Source of the DNA: an uncultured Candidatus Rokubacteria bacterium
Lineage (GTDB): Bacteria > Methylomirabilota > Methylomirabilia > Rokubacteriales > CSP1-6
DNA length: 64,000 bases
Reading direction: 5' to 3'
NCBI GenBank assembly: GCA_963771355.1
Contig: CAVYTA010000006.1
Span: forward strand, 704,001-768,000
Below are positions 59,807 through 64,000 of this stretch, in pieces (position 1 is the stretch's first letter; each line of letters begins with the position of its first letter). The notes below the pieces were generated by a model. That model did no database searches. It was not told where the DNA came from and saw only the letters and a program-made list of their open reading frames with translations. A program made the position numbers and the translations under genes.

Positions 59807-61123
59807 TCAGAGCGTGACGATTGATGTCCTCGAGCCGCGGTACGCCTTGAGCGCGTTACGAGTGTCCACCACCAGGGACGCCCGATCGGCGATGGTCGCG
59901 TAGTCGAAGCTCGAGTGATTGGTAAGGATGAGCACGCAGTCGGCGGCGGCGAGCGTTTCGGGCGTCGGGCTGACCGCGGTGAGCTTGCCGCCCTCGATCG
60001 CGAGCTGCGGGGTGAAGGGATCGGCGTACGACACCCGGGCGCCCTTGTGGGACAGCATCTCGATGATCTCCAGCGCGGGTGATTCGCGGATGTCGTTGAC
60101 GTCCGCCTTGTAGGTGATTCCCATGACCAGCACCGAAGAGCCCCGCATGGCCTTGCCGCGATCGTTGAGGGCGTCGCTCACCAGGGTGATCACGTGCTCC
60201 GGCATGTTGCGGTTGATCTGATCGGCGAGGGCGATGAACTGCGCCTCGTAGCCGGTGAGGCGGATCTTCCACGAGAGGTAGAGCGGGTCCACCGGGATGC
60301 AGTGGCCGCCGATGCCCGGTCCGGGATAGAAGGGCATGAAGCCGAAGGGCTTGGTAGCGGCGGCGTCGATGACCTCCCACGGATCCACCCCGATCTTGCG
60401 GCACGCGAAGGCGAGCTCGTTGGCCAGCGCGATGTTCACGCTGCGGAAGGTGTTCTCCAGGAGCTTGGCCGTCTCCGCCACCCGGGGGCTGGAAGCGCGG
60501 AAGACGCTCGAGGTCACGTGGCGATACAAGCTCGCCGCCAGCTCGGTGCACTCGGGCGTCACGCCGCCGACCACCTTGGGGATGTTGGCGGTGGTGAATC
60601 GCTTGTTGCCGGGGTCCACGCGCTCGGGGGAGAAGGCGAGGAAGTAGTCGTCGCCGATCACGCGGCCGAGGGACTCGATCCGCGGCTGGACGACCTCCTC
60701 GGTGGTGCCGGGGAACGTCGTGCTCTCCAGCACCATCAGCTGTCCCTGGCGGAGACGGGGAAGCAGATTCTCGACCGCGGAGAGGATGAACGAGATGTCC
60801 GGTTCCTTGCTCTTGCGGAGGGGAGTGGGGACGCAGATCACGATGGCGTCGGCGGAGCCGGCGTCCTCGAAGCTGGTGGTGGCGGACAGCGTGCCCGCGG
60901 CAACGAGGGGGGCGAGGGTATCGGCGGCCACGTCCACCAGATAGGACTCGCCGCGATTGAGCAGGCTCACCCGTTCGAGATCCAGATCGATGCCGCGGAC
61001 GGTGAGGCCGGCCTTGGCGAGCTCGACGGCGAGCGACAGCCCCACATAGCCCATCCCGACTATGCACACGCGGGCGGTCCGGGTCTCCAGCTTCTCCTTC
61101 AGCACGTTGCCCCAGTGATTCAC
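59807..61123 (-). CDS. UDP-N-acetylhexosamine/UDP-glucose 6-dehydrogenase (WbpA/WecC-like)
   Basis: GMGYVG, CVPTP, ESTTFPGTT, SPERVDPGN, KLLENTFR, GGHCIPVDP and DIRESP. Confidence 0.93.
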   Translation of the reverse strand: MNHWGNVLKEKLETRTARVCIVGMGYVGLSLAVELAKAGLTVRGIDLDLERVSLLNRGESYLVDVAADTLAPLVAAGTLSATTSFEDAGSADAIVICVPTPLRKSKEPDISFILSAVENLLPRLRQGQLMVLESTTFPGTTEEVVQPRIESLGRVIGDDYFLAFSPERVDPGNKRFTTANIPKVVGGVTPECTELAASLYRHVTSSVFRASSPRVAETAKLLENTFRSVNIALANELAFACRKIGVDPWEVIDAAATKPFGFMPFYPGPGIGGHCIPVDPLYLSWKIRLTGYEAQFIALADQINRNMPEHVITLVSDALNDRGKAMRGSSVLVMGITYKADVNDIRESPALEIIEMLSHKGARVSYADPFTPQLAIEGGKLTAVSPTPETLAAADCVLILTNHSSFDYATIADRASLVVDTRNALKAYRGSRTSIVTL

Positions 61124-61136
61124 GAGCGATCTCCTC

Positions 61137-63362
61137 TCAAGCCTTGGTATCGGCCTTGGCATAGGCGCGATAGTAGCTGTAGTACTGGTTGACCTTCCGG
61201 ACGGGGACCTGGTTGAGGACGACGCCCAGGATGGGCGTGCCCGACTTCTCGATGATGCTCTTCGCGCGCAGGAAGTCCCGCGGGCGAGTGATGCCGGACT
61301 GACACACGAGGATCACGCCGTCGGTGGCGGCGGCCATGTACAGGTTGTCGGGAATGAGCAGGATCGGCGAGGAGTCGAGAAGCACGTACTCGGCCTCCAC
61401 CGACATGCTGTCCAGGACCTCGGGGAGCCGTGAGGATCCCAGTCCGGTGCGGGTGAGCGCGGTCGAGGACGCCCCGCGCGGCGTCAACCAGACGCCCTCC
61501 GCCACCGGGCTCATCGCCTCCCGGAGCTCGCCGGTGCCGGCGAGCAGGTCGGAGAAGCCCTTGGCGTTCGGGGTCTTGAGGGTCCGGTGCAGGGTCGGAC
61601 GGTGGAAGTCCGCATCCGCGATGATGACGTGCTTGCCGACCTCGCCGAAGACGAGCCCGAGGTTCACCACCACGGTGGACTTGCCCTCGCCGGGCAGCGC
61701 GCTGGCAATCATGATGCGCCGCATGGGGATGTCTCGGCCCAGCAGCTGGATCTCGACGCGAAGCCGCCGGAACGCCTCCACGAAGAGGAAGTACTCCTCC
61801 TGGCTCACGTCGTCGGGCTGGCCCCCGCCGATCATGAACATCGACCGGCGCGAACGGACCCGCGGAATGCTCGTGAGCACGGGCAGCCCGGTGAGGCTGC
61901 GGACGTCGTCGTCGGTCTCGATGGGGCGGTTGAAGTACTCGATGGTGGCCGGAACCCCGAGGCCGATGACGAGCGCCAGGGCCAGCGCCACTCCGAAGAA
62001 GCGCACCCGCTTCTGGTTGGTGGCGGGCAGGGGGACGCTGGGGGCATCGATGACCTTCACGACCTTCATCTCGCCCTGCTCGCGAATGCGCGCGGAGGAA
62101 AGCTTCTCGGACAGCATGGCGTGCAGGCGGCGATTCGACTCCACCTCGGTGGCAAGCTTGGTGTATTCGAGCTCGTCACGCGACAGCCCGGTGAGGTTCT
62201 TCCTCTGGTTGTTGATCTGCTCGCGGAGAGCTTCCTCCTGAGCGTTCAGCGACAGGGTGGAGGTCTCCAGCGCGGCCATGGTCTCCGCAAAGGCCGAGCG
62301 ATCGGACACCGGTACGTTGCTGCCGGCGGTGGGGACGGGCGTCGTCTCCTTGACCGCGTCCCCGAGCTCCTTCTGCACGTCGCCGATCTGGCGCTTGGCG
62401 GACATGACCCGCGGGTGCTCGTCCGTGTACTGGACCTGGTACTCGATGAGCTGGGTCTCGAGGGTCTGCAGCTTGGCCCGGAGCCGCTGGATACGCGGCG
62501 CGGTGGGCGGGGGCGCCGTCGTCGGCCGGGCCATCGCCACCGAGGCCGGCGGCATCGACTCGATCTTCGCCTTGAGGGCATTCAGGCGTTGCTGCGCCAT
62601 GTTCTTGTTGGCAACCACCTCGGCGTAGGTGTTCTCCATCTGGGTGAGCCGGTTGACCGCCTCACTGTGACGGGCGGGGACCCGCACGCCGCCGCGGGCA
62701 TTGGTGAACTGCCGCATCGACTCCTCGGCCGTGTTGAGCTGCTTCCCGATCTGAGTCTGCTGCTGCTCGAGGAACTCGCGGCTGGTCTTGCTGTCCTCCA
62801 CGTTGAAGGATCGCGTGCGCGAGACGAGCACCTCCACGAAGGTGTTCGCGATGTCCATGGCCACCCGGGGCTGGGAAGCCTCCGCGGAGACCTCGACGAT
62901 GCCCGAGTTACCCACCGGCTTGAACTGGAGGCGGGACGACCGGAGCTCGCCGAGGGCCCGGCGCTGCGGGCTCTCCACCACGATCTCCTCGCCGCGCAGC
63001 CGGCGCGTCCAGTTCTGGATCATGCTCATGTAGTCGACGGTGTAGGGGTTCTGGACGAGATCCTCCACCGAGTTCCGCGGCAGGGACTCGATCACCGCTT
63101 CCGAGAGGCCCCGGCTCTTCAGGATGGCGAGCTGGACGTCGAGAGGGCGGAAGGGCGCGAACTCCCGGAAGAGCGCGATGCCCTCCGGCCGGGTCTCCAT
63201 GAGGATCGTCGCGCTCGTGCGGAAGCGCGGCGGCTCGTGCGACATGCGGTACGCGACGGGCACGAACAGGCCGAGCGCGGCGCAGAACGCGATCAGCACC
63301 CACTTCTTGCGCCGGGCCAAGACAGAAAGGGCGACCTGTTTCAAGACTTTCAAGATGTCCAT
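61137..63362 (-). CDS. wzc: Polysaccharide co-polymerase / tyrosine autokinase (Wzc/GumC)
   Basis: Two TM segments around a coiled coil with YTDEHP; EAFRRLR, Walker A PGEGKS, DADFHRP, DSSP; C-terminal Tyr cluster YYSYYRAY. Confidence 0.92.
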   Translation of the reverse strand: MDILKVLKQVALSVLARRKKWVLIAFCAALGLFVPVAYRMSHEPPRFRTSATILMETRPEGIALFREFAPFRPLDVQLAILKSRGLSEAVIESLPRNSVEDLVQNPYTVDYMSMIQNWTRRLRGEEIVVESPQRRALGELRSSRLQFKPVGNSGIVEVSAEASQPRVAMDIANTFVEVLVSRTRSFNVEDSKTSREFLEQQQTQIGKQLNTAEESMRQFTNARGGVRVPARHSEAVNRLTQMENTYAEVVANKNMAQQRLNALKAKIESMPPASVAMARPTTAPPPTAPRIQRLRAKLQTLETQLIEYQVQYTDEHPRVMSAKRQIGDVQKELGDAVKETTPVPTAGSNVPVSDRSAFAETMAALETSTLSLNAQEEALREQINNQRKNLTGLSRDELEYTKLATEVESNRRLHAMLSEKLSSARIREQGEMKVVKVIDAPSVPLPATNQKRVRFFGVALALALVIGLGVPATIEYFNRPIETDDDVRSLTGLPVLTSIPRVRSRRSMFMIGGGQPDDVSQEEYFLFVEAFRRLRVEIQLLGRDIPMRRIMIASALPGEGKSTVVVNLGLVFGEVGKHVIIADADFHRPTLHRTLKTPNAKGFSDLLAGTGELREAMSPVAEGVWLTPRGASSTALTRTGLGSSRLPEVLDSMSVEAEYVLLDSSPILLIPDNLYMAAATDGVILVCQSGITRPRDFLRAKSIIEKSGTPILGVVLNQVPVRKVNQYYSYYRAYAKADTKA

Positions 63363-63404
63363 CGGCGTCAGGCTCCTCGTGCGGCGACCCGATCAGGTCG
63401 CAGC

Positions 63405-64000
63405 TCAGCGTCCACGGGCGAACAGAACCACCTGGATGGTGGCAATGAGGATCACGAGATCCAGAAAGAGCGAGAGGTTCTTGATGTAGTAGAGATCGTA
63501 CTGGAGCTTCTCGATGGCGTCTTCGACGGTGGCGCCGTAGCGATACCGCACCTGCGCCCAGCCGGTGATCCCCGGCTTGACCGACAGGCGCTCCATGTAG
63601 AAGGGAATCTGCTTCTGCAGGGTATAGACGAACTCGGGGCGTTCCGGCCGGGGGCCGATGAAGCTCATGTCGCCGAGGAGAACATTGAAAAGCTGCGGCA
63701 GCTCGTCCAGCCGGGTCTTCCGGAGGAAGCTGCCCACGCGGGTGACGCGCGGATCGTGGTCCTGGGCCCATACGGGACCGGTGTCCTTCTCCGCATCCTC
63801 CCGCATAGAGCGGAACTTGTTCAGGATGAAGATGCGTCCGTTCTGCCCAAGACGTGCCTGACGGAAAAGCACCGGGCCCCGCGACTCCAGCTTGATGGTG
63901 AGGGCGACCATCGCCATGACGGGGAGCGCGAAGAGGAGGCCGACCAGCGACAGGCTCAGGTCGAGCAGGCGCTTGATGATCTCCGTGCGATAGGTCTTGA
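63405..64000 (-). CDS. Priming sugar transferase (polyprenyl glycosylphosphotransferase), PEP-CTERM system type; 5' part outside the window
   Basis: KRLLD, KFRSM, DPRVTRVG, RLDELPQL, GDMSFIGPRPERP, KPGITGWAQV and KLQYDLYYIKN. Confidence 0.93.
   Translation of the reverse strand, partial: KTYRTEIIKRLLDLSLSLVGLLFALPVMAMVALTIKLESRGPVLFRQARLGQNGRIFILNKFRSMREDAEKDTGPVWAQDHDPRVTRVGSFLRKTRLDELPQLFNVLLGDMSFIGPRPERPEFVYTLQKQIPFYMERLSVKPGITGWAQVRYRYGATVEDAIEKLQYDLYYIKNLSLFLDLVILIATIQVVLFARGR

Noticed and set aside
63384..63401. Hairpin GCGACC-N6-GGTCGC between the sugar transferase and wzc as a terminator
   Set aside because: The stem is short and has no U-tract.

Overview
This is a high-GC bacterial window occupied almost entirely by a PEP-CTERM/exosortase-associated exopolysaccharide (EPS) locus. 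The plus-strand block (1-11 kb) holds the C-terminus of a PrsT-like TPR protein, a three-gene ABC/membrane-fusion exporter, an exosortase-associated N-acyl amino acid synthase-like acyltransferase and a PaaK-like adenylating enzyme. It continues with a sigma54-driven surface protein carrying a cryptic VPLPG-type sorting signal, an unusual Mur-ligase/4-Cys/peptidyl-tRNA-hydrolase fusion and a secreted beta-helix protein. The minus-strand block (11-64 kb) is about 40 tightly coupled genes: priming sugar transferase, Wzc, nucleotide-sugar enzymes, flippase, O-antigen-ligase-like polymerase, eight glycosyltransferases, three deacetylases, four AsnB-family proteins (two lack the catalytic Cys), an ATP-grasp ligase, four GNAT/FemAB proteins, a CapK-like ligase and lyase-like proteins, ending in prsK-exosortase-epsI-prsR. 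The most interesting signal is the concentration of amide-forming, peptidoglycan-like enzymes, which suggests a peptide-decorated EPS. Many single-base frameshifts, densest in the first 7.6 kb, look like sequencing errors. All family calls come from motif recognition by eye; no database search was run.
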